Assembly (NCBI GenBank): GCA_038065415.1
Contig: JBBTRA010000002.1
Coordinates: forward strand, 13,646-77,645
From: Patescibacteria group bacterium
Lineage (GTDB): Bacteria; Patescibacteriota; Minisyncoccia; Phycocordibacterales; PALSA-1337
Direction of reading: 5' to 3'
DNA length: 64,000 nt
Shown here: positions 39,263 through 47,700 of the stretch, piece by piece
Layout of the letters: each line of letters opens with the position of its first letter
How positions within the stretch are numbered: the stretch's first letter is position 1
The notes under the pieces: generated by a model
What the model was told of the DNA's origin: nothing
Database searches by the model: none
What the model saw: the letters and a program-made list of their open reading frames with translations, nothing else
Program-made: the position numbers and the translations under genes

Positions 39263-40035
39263 ATTTTTCGGGCCGTCACAATATAGTCGAGAGTGATACC
39301 TTTCTTGCTGAAGATACGATCGAACACGAGGCCGATGATCTGTATTGGCGCACATACAATAGCTATGATTATGCGTGAACCAATGAATTTCAACTTATAT
39401 CTGAGGCCTGATAATCCACCACGATCGAGCAGGGAGTTTGTCCAGTCTATAAGGAAGTCAGACATAATCTGTGCACATGTTCCGAAAATACCTGTGGTGT
39501 GCTCGATCTTCTTGATCTCGAAGCCGCATTCCTTGAGTAGCTTCTGGTGTCCGAAGGAGGTGAATCTCTGAAAATCGTAGGGTTTTTCATGTTCGGGCCA
39601 TACAAATGGCATCGATAAAAATAGTGTTCCTCCGGGTTTGAGTACACGATGTATATCCTTGGTCAATTCGGGCAGGTACTCTACATGCTCGAATACCTCA
39701 GAGGCTATAACAATATCGAACTTCTCTGCAGGGAAAGGTATATTTTTACCATCGAAGAAAAGATCAGCATCCATAGCGCCACGATCATGGCCGCTTTCGG
39801 AAACTTCGATGCCGGTATACTCGTTCCCTTTGAAAAGTTGCTCGTAAGGCTTGATGCCGCAACCGACATCAAGGATGGAATTTCCGGGCTTGAGCGTTTT
39901 GGAGAACTCAAAGAATTTTCGGTATAGATGCCTTCGTGTGATAAAAAATGGGTTCAAGAATATTCCGAACCAGCGTGGGTTAAACGCGTGGGCATCCTCA
40001 ATCTGGCGTATTTTGTTTTCTATGAATTTCTTCAT
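39259..40035 (-). CDS. Class I SAM-dependent methyltransferase (paralog of 37624..38340)
   Basis: MKKFIENKIRQIED…FLNPFFITRRHLYRKF…ILDVGCGIKPYEQLF…; ATGA overlap with upstream gene. Confidence 0.6.
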   Translation of the reverse strand: MKKFIENKIRQIEDAHAFNPRWFGIFLNPFFITRRHLYRKFFEFSKTLKPGNSILDVGCGIKPYEQLFKGNEYTGIEVSESGHDRGAMDADLFFDGKNIPFPAEKFDIVIASEVFEHVEYLPELTKDIHRVLKPGGTLFLSMPFVWPEHEKPYDFQRFTSFGHQKLLKECGFEIKKIEHTTGIFGTCAQIMSDFLIDWTNSLLDRGGLSGLRYKLKFIGSRIIIAIVCAPIQIIGLVFDRIFSKKGITLDYIVTARKI

Positions 40036-41141
40036 GATAGATTTTCTTGCAGCATGCTGCATAGTTCTCTCATCCGGTGCTCGTAGGTATGCTCGGTGAG
40101 TGTTCTGTGCTGCCCAGCCTTCGCTATCTGAGCTCGTTCGGACTCGTTCGTAAGATAGTACTGTATTTTTTGTACGAGATCCTCTGGTGAGTCATAGGTG
40201 ACCACTTCTTTTCCTGGCACGAATATATCCCCAATATTCTTTTTGTTATCGACCATAAGGAGGCATCCGACGCCCGTAGCTTCATACATACGCATATTGT
40301 TGGCGTAGTCTCCAGCCACTTTCTTCACATGTCCCGTTATGGTTATTTTGCTATTTCTCAATATGGAGAACATCTCTGAGCCCCATGCTTCGCCGTGATA
40401 ATTTTTCCGTATAGCTGACTCGGCGGGAAGGTTTTCAATCCCATAGCCCCATGCATCAAGCTTTATCGCGTGCGCGACTGCTTCCAAGGTGCGGTTGCGG
40501 TCTGCGTGAATCTGATCATAGCCTCCGATGTGGGTGATGTCATATGTCAACGCTGCTGGCTGTAGATTTTCCAATATAGTCTGATCGAATGCGAGCTTCA
40601 GATAGTAGGATTTTGTACCGTGATTGTGTAGGTACTCCACCTGATTTGGAAGAGAAGAAACTACAAAATCGTAGGGCTTGAAAGCGTCCATGGTTGGCAG
40701 TTTGCTGGCGATCTGGAGTACATAGAGTTTCGTCAGCTTCTTTATACGCATGTTGAATGCGGTATCGAGGTCGCGGGTAATCGAATATATAACATCGGGC
40801 TTATATGCGCGTACTTGGGCCTCGAGTATTTCTTCTTGCCAGCCCCATTTCTTGTGAATCAGGTAGTGCAGCTTTGCTGAAAGCGTAGGAGTTTTTTGCG
40901 GTGAATTTAAGGAGTGTTCCTTTATCCATGCTTTTTGTAGTCTTTCATTGTTCACGATGATCAATTCGACCTCATGTCCCAATAAGGAGAGTGCTCGTAC
41001 ACACGGGAGAGCTGGACCTGAATTTTCTTGTTCGAGAGCCTTTTTCTGCTCGACATACGAAAGCGACGACAGATTCGGATATTTCCGATAGGAATTCTCT
41101 ATATGTTCCTGATAGTCTGTGTCTATGACGAGTATCTTCAT
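40032..41141 (-). CDS. Putative glycosyltransferase (CgeB-like/GT1-like)
   Basis: MKILVIDTDYQEHIENSYRKYPNL…; C-terminal …YEATGVGCLLMVDNKKNIGDIFVPGKEVVTYDSPEDLVQKI…. Confidence 0.45.
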   Translation of the reverse strand: MKILVIDTDYQEHIENSYRKYPNLSSLSYVEQKKALEQENSGPALPCVRALSLLGHEVELIIVNNERLQKAWIKEHSLNSPQKTPTLSAKLHYLIHKKWGWQEEILEAQVRAYKPDVIYSITRDLDTAFNMRIKKLTKLYVLQIASKLPTMDAFKPYDFVVSSLPNQVEYLHNHGTKSYYLKLAFDQTILENLQPAALTYDITHIGGYDQIHADRNRTLEAVAHAIKLDAWGYGIENLPAESAIRKNYHGEAWGSEMFSILRNSKITITGHVKKVAGDYANNMRMYEATGVGCLLMVDNKKNIGDIFVPGKEVVTYDSPEDLVQKIQYYLTNESERAQIAKAGQHRTLTEHTYEHRMRELCSMLQENLS

Positions 41142-41145
41142 GGAT

Positions 41146-41844
41146 TTATTCCTTAGTGAATACAGCTACGTATCCATTTGTTTTACTACGGGGCCATCCG
41201 GTCATTGTCCAGAACCACAGCGAGATACGATTGATGATCGATATACCTGGTAGCGGCCATGAGAATTCGAGTCCTTCGCGACGATTCCAATTGCTGATGA
41301 GATTGACTTGGTGTGCACCCTGCTTTTGTTGCTGCTCGAGGGTGAAATAGTGCATGATCGCCTTGGGTGGGTATGGCTTGATATGGTCGAGTTCATTGTA
41401 GAAACCAGGGTACATGAGAGGGCTTCGTATGATAACGATACCCCCCGGCTTTACCACACGGAAAAGTTCCTCAAGGAGAAGGGTTACTTCGGGATAACTG
41501 AAATGCTCGATGACATGTGCGCAGTGGACGATATCGAACGATGAGTCTGCGTAGGGCATTTTTGTTGCAGATGCTGCTGCAGTCTTGAACCCTTTTTCCG
41601 TGAGTTTTTGTGCGACGGTTGTGTTGACTTCGAGGCACTCGATGTCGAGCTTCTCTTTGGGGTGGATGGTGCGAAGCTTGAGAGGGAAGCGTCCGAGACC
41701 TGCTCCTACCTCGAGATATTTTGTGGGTACGCCTGTAGGAGTGTTTGAAGAGGGTGCCTCTATGGTGTGCACGATCGCATCGAGTGCAGGAGCATCTTCG
41801 CGCTCGACCGACTTCATGTTGTATCTATCTCGAATAGTCATATG
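41146..41844 (-). CDS. Class I SAM-dependent methyltransferase
   Basis: …YLEVGAGLGRFPLKL…FDIVHCAHVIEHFSYPE…VKPGGIVIIRSP…. Confidence 0.6.
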   Translation of the reverse strand, partial: HMTIRDRYNMKSVEREDAPALDAIVHTIEAPSSNTPTGVPTKYLEVGAGLGRFPLKLRTIHPKEKLDIECLEVNTTVAQKLTEKGFKTAAASATKMPYADSSFDIVHCAHVIEHFSYPEVTLLLEELFRVVKPGGIVIIRSPLMYPGFYNELDHIKPYPPKAIMHYFTLEQQQKQGAHQVNLISNWNRREGLEFSWPLPGISIINRISLWFWTMTGWPRSKTNGYVAVFTKE

Positions 41845-41852
41845 ATTGATAG

Positions 41853-43127
41853 TTATTTCCGCTCTACGACACTCCACTTTTGGTCAATGAAGATGGGGCT
41901 ATGTGCGGTCTGCACGCCTGTGCCGTAATAGTCACCTTCATCAACACGGAACACGGCTACATTCTTGACATGGTCTTCACGATTTTCACCTGCATGGAGA
42001 TCCACTGAGACGCCATAGGTCCCTACATTGAGTGGGAACTTCTGGTCGATGCTACAGCGGATGACTCCTTTTTGTGGGAGGGTGGCAAATTGTTCTTTGG
42101 TCAGATTGGTCGAAGCGAGGATGAGTGGTGTACCAGACTCTGCAGTGATGGAGAAAGTTGCGTTCACGTCATTCACAGGAGACCCGTCAGTCGTATATTC
42201 GAAGCAGAGTGTGTATGAGCCTCCTGTCTTGAGTGTGTTGACCTTTTTGCCATTTTCCTCAATGAAGAATGAATCTATCTTCACGCGCCCCGCACCTTTG
42301 CGGTCATGGCGCATGCGGACATCGACACCTTTTTCGCGCACGAGCGGATCCTTGAGATACATGCTGATAATTTCATCAGTGTCTCCTGATGCTTTGACCA
42401 CACCCTTCTCGATGAGGATGCAACGGTTGCAGAGTTTCCTGACAGCTTCCATGTTGTGACTGACGAATAAGATCGTGCGGCCGTCCTCACGGGTGATCTG
42501 ATCCATTTTGCCGAGACATTTCTTCTGGAAATCGGCATCGCCCACAGCGAGCACCTCATCGATGATGAGGATGTCTGGCTCCATGTGTGCTGCCACCGAG
42601 AAGGCGAGGCGTACGTACATACCGCTGGAATAGTATTTTACCGGCGTATCGAGGAATTTTTCGATCTCTGCAAATCTGACGATCGCATCGAACTTGGAGG
42701 CCATCTCTTTTCGGGTCATGCCGAGGATGGCGCCATTCAAGAATATGTTCTCGCGGCCAGTGAGTTCCGGATGGAAGCCGGTTCCGACTTCGAGCAGGCT
42801 GCCGACCTTGCCGTGAAGCGTGATCTCGCCTTCGGTGGGCGAGGTGATCTGGGAGAGGATCTTGAGTAGGGTAGATTTTCCGGCCCCATTGTGACCGATG
42901 ATGCCGACCACTTCACCAGGATTCACTGTGAAGTTGATATCTTTGAGTGCCCAGAAGACCTCTTTCTTGGTGAGCCCTGTCATATCCTTGAATTTCGAGC
43001 CGAGGTAACGCAAGGGATGCTTGAATGCATCGGTGATCACGTCGCGCAGAGCGATATATCCACCACGTTCATGTGTGATCTTGTAGCTCTTGGCGATATT
43101 CTTTACTTCGATGATGGGGGAGGACAT
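41853..43127 (-). CDS. wzt: ABC transporter ATP-binding protein for glycan export (Wzt/TagH-like) with ~170-aa C-terminal extension
   Basis: Walker A GHNGAGKSTLLKIL, signature YSSGMYVRLAFSVA, Walker B ILIIDEVLAVGD, H-loop FVSHNM; residues ~255-424 form an extra β-rich domain. Confidence 0.8.
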   Translation of the reverse strand: MSSPIIEVKNIAKSYKITHERGGYIALRDVITDAFKHPLRYLGSKFKDMTGLTKKEVFWALKDINFTVNPGEVVGIIGHNGAGKSTLLKILSQITSPTEGEITLHGKVGSLLEVGTGFHPELTGRENIFLNGAILGMTRKEMASKFDAIVRFAEIEKFLDTPVKYYSSGMYVRLAFSVAAHMEPDILIIDEVLAVGDADFQKKCLGKMDQITREDGRTILFVSHNMEAVRKLCNRCILIEKGVVKASGDTDEIISMYLKDPLVREKGVDVRMRHDRKGAGRVKIDSFFIEENGKKVNTLKTGGSYTLCFEYTTDGSPVNDVNATFSITAESGTPLILASTNLTKEQFATLPQKGVIRCSIDQKFPLNVGTYGVSVDLHAGENREDHVKNVAVFRVDEGDYYGTGVQTAHSPIFIDQKWSVVERK

Positions 43128-43141
43128 ATATATATAGAATG

Positions 43142-43984
43142 TTAGACGATATCAGCGAAGTACCTCTCGACCTTTTTGAAGACATAGATTCCCACAATGA
43201 GCAGTATGAAGCAGGCGATGAGCGAGATGCCAAGGAGGAGCCAGTTGATCGGCGCGGTACCGAGGAGTGCCGCGCGGGCATTCTGGATGACTCCCATCAT
43301 CGGGTTGATGGCCAAGAATTTCGAATATGCTCCGGCGATCGAGGCGGGGTAGATGACCGGAGTTACGAAGAGGAGGAGCTGAATGAAGAAAGGCAGTGCG
43401 TAACGGACGTCACGGTATTTTACATTGATCGAGGCAAGGATCAGTCCACCGCCAACCGCTGCCATGAAAGTGATGAGAAGGAGAAGCGGTATGAGAAGCA
43501 GGCCGCTGATGTGCGGCGTATATCCATAGTAGAACATCAGGCCGACGAGGATGGCCGCAGCAATGGCAAAATCTACGAGCTTGGTGATGACCGAGGAGAT
43601 GGGGAGTATGAGGCGCGGGAAGTAGACCTTGGTGATGATTGCCTGGTTGCTGATGAGTACATTGCTGGTGTCGCCGAGCGCGCTCGAGAAAAATTGCCAG
43701 AAAATAAGACCGACATAGACGAAGATCGGGTAGGGGACGCCGTCAGAAGGCATCTTGGCTAGTCCTCCGAAGAAGATGGAGAAGACCACCATGGTGATGA
43801 AAGGTTGGAATATTGCCCAGCCTGCACCGATGACAGTCTGCTTGTAGCGGACCTTGAGGTCACGCCAGGTGAAGAAGTAAAGGAGCTCCTTGTAGTTCCA
43901 GAGTTCGCGGAGATCCGAGAAATGGAATATCTTCTTTGGTTTGATAGTCGTGATGATGCTCATGAGAGAAATGTATTCTAGCAC
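43142..43984 (-). CDS. wzm: ABC-2 type transporter permease (Wzm-like)
   Basis: 280 aa, six TM helices; adjacent upstream of Wzt; first gene of minus-strand run. Confidence 0.75.
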   Translation of the reverse strand: MLEYISLMSIITTIKPKKIFHFSDLRELWNYKELLYFFTWRDLKVRYKQTVIGAGWAIFQPFITMVVFSIFFGGLAKMPSDGVPYPIFVYVGLIFWQFFSSALGDTSNVLISNQAIITKVYFPRLILPISSVITKLVDFAIAAAILVGLMFYYGYTPHISGLLLIPLLLLITFMAAVGGGLILASINVKYRDVRYALPFFIQLLLFVTPVIYPASIAGAYSKFLAINPMMGVIQNARAALLGTAPINWLLLGISLIACFILLIVGIYVFKKVERYFADIV

Positions 43985-44012
43985 TTTTTACCCAGTAGGT
44001 GATCCTGCTGGA

Positions 44013-44261
44013 TCACCACTTATTTATCTTGTCCACGACCTTCTTCTTGAGACCGAGGTATGACTTGACTGCTTCTTGTTCGAGTTCAGGGGAGAGGACG
44101 CGGAGTATTTCTTTGCCGAGGATACGATACTGCCCGCCGACTTTGTTGGCGCGGAGGAGTCCTTTCTTGAGCATGCGCTTGATCGTGCTCTCGCTTACAC
44201 GGAGTATGTCTTGTGTTTCGCTTGTCGTATAGACGCCATGAGGTTTTATCTCTTCTGTCAT
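44013..44261 (-). CDS. Small helix-turn-helix DNA-binding protein (excisionase/MerR-type HTH)
   Basis: 82 aa; …YTTSETQDILRVSESTIKRMLKKGLLRANKVGGQYRI…. Confidence 0.6.
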   Translation of the reverse strand: MTEEIKPHGVYTTSETQDILRVSESTIKRMLKKGLLRANKVGGQYRILGKEILRVLSPELEQEAVKSYLGLKKKVVDKINKW

Positions 44262-44364
44262 AGAGCTCTATTCTAGCAAAGTGTCAAAAGGTGTCAAGTT
44301 GGTTCACTAGTAAAAAGCCTTTGATTGGGGCCCTATTTAAGCTTTAATTAGCGCTCTATAAATA

Positions 44365-44393
44365 TTGACAAATAGCATTATATATGCTATACT
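44365..44393 (+). promoter_or_regulatory. Near-consensus sigma70-type promoter (TTGACA-17 nt-TATACT)
   Basis: TTGACA at 44365-44370, 17-nt spacer, TATACT at 44388-44393; followed by RBS AAGAGG 8 nt before ATG 44466; region also carries GTGTCAA direct repeats (44291-44309) and TAGAGCTCTA palindrome (44261-44270). Confidence 0.5.
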
Positions 44394-44465
44394 TAGTACA
44401 GGATTTAAGCTCCCAATTGTGGGAGATTCGTGGGTATAACCAAAAACAAAAAGAGGACATTTACA

Positions 44466-44801
44466 ATGAAATATCGTATTACATTAGCGGCCGTTGTGAT
44501 GTGTCGCCCCGATGTTGCTCGACAACTCGGCTTCATTCCGGCGACGGACAAAGAAATCGTACTCGACACGCAGGATGGTTTGGGAAGGGAGATCTGGTTC
44601 GGGTATCTTTCTGAGCGGCAGAAGCAACAACAGGAGCCGCTTTCCGAGGACAGCTGGTTGAAAATCCGTGTTCCGGAAGACGGCGATCCGCTCAACGAAA
44701 TCCATAAATTTGCCGAGGCGGTCAATTTATTCTTTCGGTTTATGGCCGATGGGATTCGGGACAACTGTCTTGCGGTAAGAAGGATTGAGGTCATGGTCTA
44801 A
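44466..44801 (+). CDS. Hypothetical small protein (111 aa)
   Basis: MKYRITLAAVVMCRPDVARQLGFIPATDKEIVLDTQDGLGREIWFGYL…; strong promoter/RBS upstream, terminator downstream. Confidence 0.45.
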   Translation: MKYRITLAAVVMCRPDVARQLGFIPATDKEIVLDTQDGLGREIWFGYLSERQKQQQEPLSEDSWLKIRVPEDGDPLNEIHKFAEAVNLFFRFMADGIRDNCLAVRRIEVMV

Positions 44802-44823
44802 CCACCGTTACATATCAATGGGA

Positions 44824-44852
44824 AACCGTTGATGTGTAACGGTTTTTCATTT
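44824..44852 (+). terminator. Rho-independent terminator (AACCGTT-gatgtgt-AACGGTT + TTTTCATTT)
   Basis: Perfect 7-bp stem 23 nt after stop of 44466..44801. Confidence 0.6.
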
Positions 44853-44956
44853 GCGGAGCTTCCTCGTGGCGGCGTCGATTACATGTCCGTGGCATGTTTG
44901 GGATAGGCGTGGTATATTTTGCGGTACTTACCAAATAACCATCAGCGTCCATTACT

Positions 44957-47170
44957 ATGAACCTCCAGAAAATCCTCCGTTCGTTGTCCGTTGGTCTCAT
45001 TTTTCTCATACCTATCTTCCCACTGATCGTCGCGGACGGGTTCTTCTTTCCATTTATTACGGGCAAAGCGTTCTATTTCCGCATCTTGGTTGAGGTTGCT
45101 TTCGTTGCATGGATCCTGTTGGCATTTCTTGATGCAAAGTATCGTCCTCGATTCACCGCGCTTACCATCAGTGTAACGCTCTTCGCTGTCATCACCCTGA
45201 TCGCCGATCTTCTCGGAGTCAATCCAGTCCGCAGTATGGTCTCAAACTTCGAGCGCATGGAGGGCTGGTTGGTTATTGCTCATCTCTGGATGTTCTACAT
45301 GACCGCTACTCATCTTTTTGGCCATGATGAAGAGGGTAAGCGCATGTGGCGTCGTTGGTTCAACTTCTCGCTGGGTGTCGCGGTCGTAGTAGTAGGATAC
45401 GCGTTTGCTCAGATGTTTGGCTGGGCGGAGATTCATCAGGGTAGTGTCCGTCTCGATGCTTCACTCGGCAATGCTGCATATCTTGCGGTGTACATGCTCA
45501 TGCATGTAGGTATAGCTGCGTACCTCTCCTTCGTTGCCTATGCCGGCAAGATCGCTAATGCTAGTTTTCTGAAGTGGGCGTATCCGCTCCTGGCGCTTGT
45601 ATTCAGCTTCATTATTATCCAAACACAGACTCGCGGAACGATCATCGGCTTGGCAGGTGGTGCTCTGCTCGCCCTTGCTCTATATGCTCTCTTTGCCAAG
45701 AAAGAGTCGATACGCTCCCGTTCTATAGCGGCTGGTGCCATTGGCCTCATCTTGGTACTTACTGGTGCACTCTTCTTGAGCCGCGATACAGCCTTCGTCA
45801 AGAATAGCCCGTCCCTCAACCGTATCGCATCTATCTCGCTCACTGATACCAAGACGCAGGCACGTGCCTATGTGTGGCCGATGGCTCTCAAGGGCTTCAC
45901 TGAGCGCCCAATTCTCGGATGGGGTCAGGAGAATTTCAACTATGTGTTCAATCAGCACTACAATCCGAAGATGTGGAATCAAGAGCAGTGGTTCGACCGC
46001 GCTCACAGCGTCTTCCTTGATTGGTTGGTCGCGTCAGGGGCTGTTGGTGTGCTCTCGTATCTCGCACTCTATGTTTTTGCACTCATGGCTGTGTGGAAGT
46101 CGAGGATTACTATAGCTGAGAAGAGCACTCTCACGGGTCTCATCGTGGGATATGCTGTCCACAATATTTTCGTGTTCGACAACCTCGCCAGCTACGTCTT
46201 CTTCTTTGCGATCCTGGGATTTGCCGGTTCACTCGGATCTGCTGAACGATCTTCCAAGTCCAAAGTAGAGAAGTGGCTCGAGACCAAGACATTCAGCCGT
46301 GATGCAGTCGAGTATATCGTCGCCCCGATCGCTATCGTCGCGCTCGCTGCAGGAATATACTTTCTTAATGTTCGTAATATTCAAGCCAACACTAGCTTGA
46401 TAGACGCTTTGAGAGCGTGCTCCACGGCTGGTCGTGCGGATATTGCGCTTTTTGAAGGTCTTTTCAAGATTGATTCCGCAATGGCTGCTCAGGAAGCACG
46501 TGAACAGCTCATTTCATGTGCTACTGGCGTAGTTAGCAACCCATATCCAGGTCCGGTCAAGCAAGCTTTCTACGATCTGACAGTCAAGCAGATCCAGGAA
46601 CAGATTGCGGATGCTCCCGAAGATGCACGCATGTATATTCTCGGAGGTCTCTTCCTGAGCAATCTCAATCAGACCGCAGAAGCGAAGAAGCTCCTTGAGA
46701 AGGCTCGCGAACTGACTCCAGGTAAGCAGGCGGTAGCATTCCAGCTCGCCACTTTGTATGTGGCCGAGGGCAAGAAGGATGAAGCACTTGCATTGCTCAA
46801 GACAGCGTATGATGCAGATCCTACATATGATGATGCTCGCTCAGCATATGCAACCTCTATGATTATTGCCGGCAAGGATGCTGAGGCGCGCGTGCAGTTC
46901 GATAATGACCCTACTATCTTCGAGACCCAGCGCGCAGCTCAGGCATATGCCTCGCTCAAGCAGTATGATAAGGCGATAGCTATATACAATAGGCTTATCG
47001 CTGCCGATGCCAAGAACGTCAATCTCCGTACGGCACTTGCACAGACACAGTATTCTGCTGGCATGACCTGGTCAGCGACTGAGACTTTGCGCGCTATTGC
47101 CAAGGATTTCCCTGAGTACAAGGAACAGATAGATGCTGCTATCAAGGAGGTACAGGCTGGCGCAAAATAG
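44957..47170 (+). CDS. O-antigen ligase/polymerase-like (Wzy_C-type) membrane protein with C-terminal TPR repeats
   Basis: ~10 TM helices in N-terminal 470 aa; C-terminal …AEAKKLLEKARELTPGKQAVAFQLATLYVAEGKKDEALALLKTAYDADPTYDDARSAYA… TPR-like. Confidence 0.55.
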   Translation: MNLQKILRSLSVGLIFLIPIFPLIVADGFFFPFITGKAFYFRILVEVAFVAWILLAFLDAKYRPRFTALTISVTLFAVITLIADLLGVNPVRSMVSNFERMEGWLVIAHLWMFYMTATHLFGHDEEGKRMWRRWFNFSLGVAVVVVGYAFAQMFGWAEIHQGSVRLDASLGNAAYLAVYMLMHVGIAAYLSFVAYAGKIANASFLKWAYPLLALVFSFIIIQTQTRGTIIGLAGGALLALALYALFAKKESIRSRSIAAGAIGLILVLTGALFLSRDTAFVKNSPSLNRIASISLTDTKTQARAYVWPMALKGFTERPILGWGQENFNYVFNQHYNPKMWNQEQWFDRAHSVFLDWLVASGAVGVLSYLALYVFALMAVWKSRITIAEKSTLTGLIVGYAVHNIFVFDNLASYVFFFAILGFAGSLGSAERSSKSKVEKWLETKTFSRDAVEYIVAPIAIVALAAGIYFLNVRNIQANTSLIDALRACSTAGRADIALFEGLFKIDSAMAAQEAREQLISCATGVVSNPYPGPVKQAFYDLTVKQIQEQIADAPEDARMYILGGLFLSNLNQTAEAKKLLEKARELTPGKQAVAFQLATLYVAEGKKDEALALLKTAYDADPTYDDARSAYATSMIIAGKDAEARVQFDNDPTIFETQRAAQAYASLKQYDKAIAIYNRLIAADAKNVNLRTALAQTQYSAGMTWSATETLRAIAKDFPEYKEQIDAAIKEVQAGAK

Positions 47171-47256
47171 GCTCTTGACTCGATAGAGGGCAGTGATATA
47201 CTAGCGATGTGAGTACCCATGTGTGGGACTTCCAATAAATAAATGTTTCGCAAAGT

Positions 47257-47277
47257 CCCGCCCTCGGCGGGCTTTTG
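47257..47277 (+). terminator. Rho-independent terminator (CCCGCC-ctc-GGCGGG + CTTTTG)
   Basis: 86 nt downstream of 47170 stop. Confidence 0.5.
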
Positions 47278-47700
47278 CGTAATTCACCGCGCGAATTCCA
47301 TCATATTCAAATAACAAGAGGAATGTGGGCTCGGAAAACGCTTGGAGTCCAGTACATAGTTTCTTCAATTTTTTTCATTCACAGAAATGAATTTTTGTGC
47401 TGTAGAATGTTGAGGTTTGGGGCCGTCGTTTGGCATACTACACCACATCAAAAGAAGAAGTTGCCGAAGAAAATTTTTTGGAAAAGTGCTTCCTCGTGAC
47501 GTGGACAATGAGGCCTTTGTCACCACCCAGAAGGGTCTCGGCATACTCAGTGAATCTCTACTATTTGATTGTATGTGTACATTTGTATATAATTGCGAAT
47601 AGATTGTACCAAGTGACGGCGACGGCTGTACTCACATAAATTTAAACATTTTATTTGGAGCTCGCACCCGTCGCCATCAGTTGGCGCAAAAACAACAATC

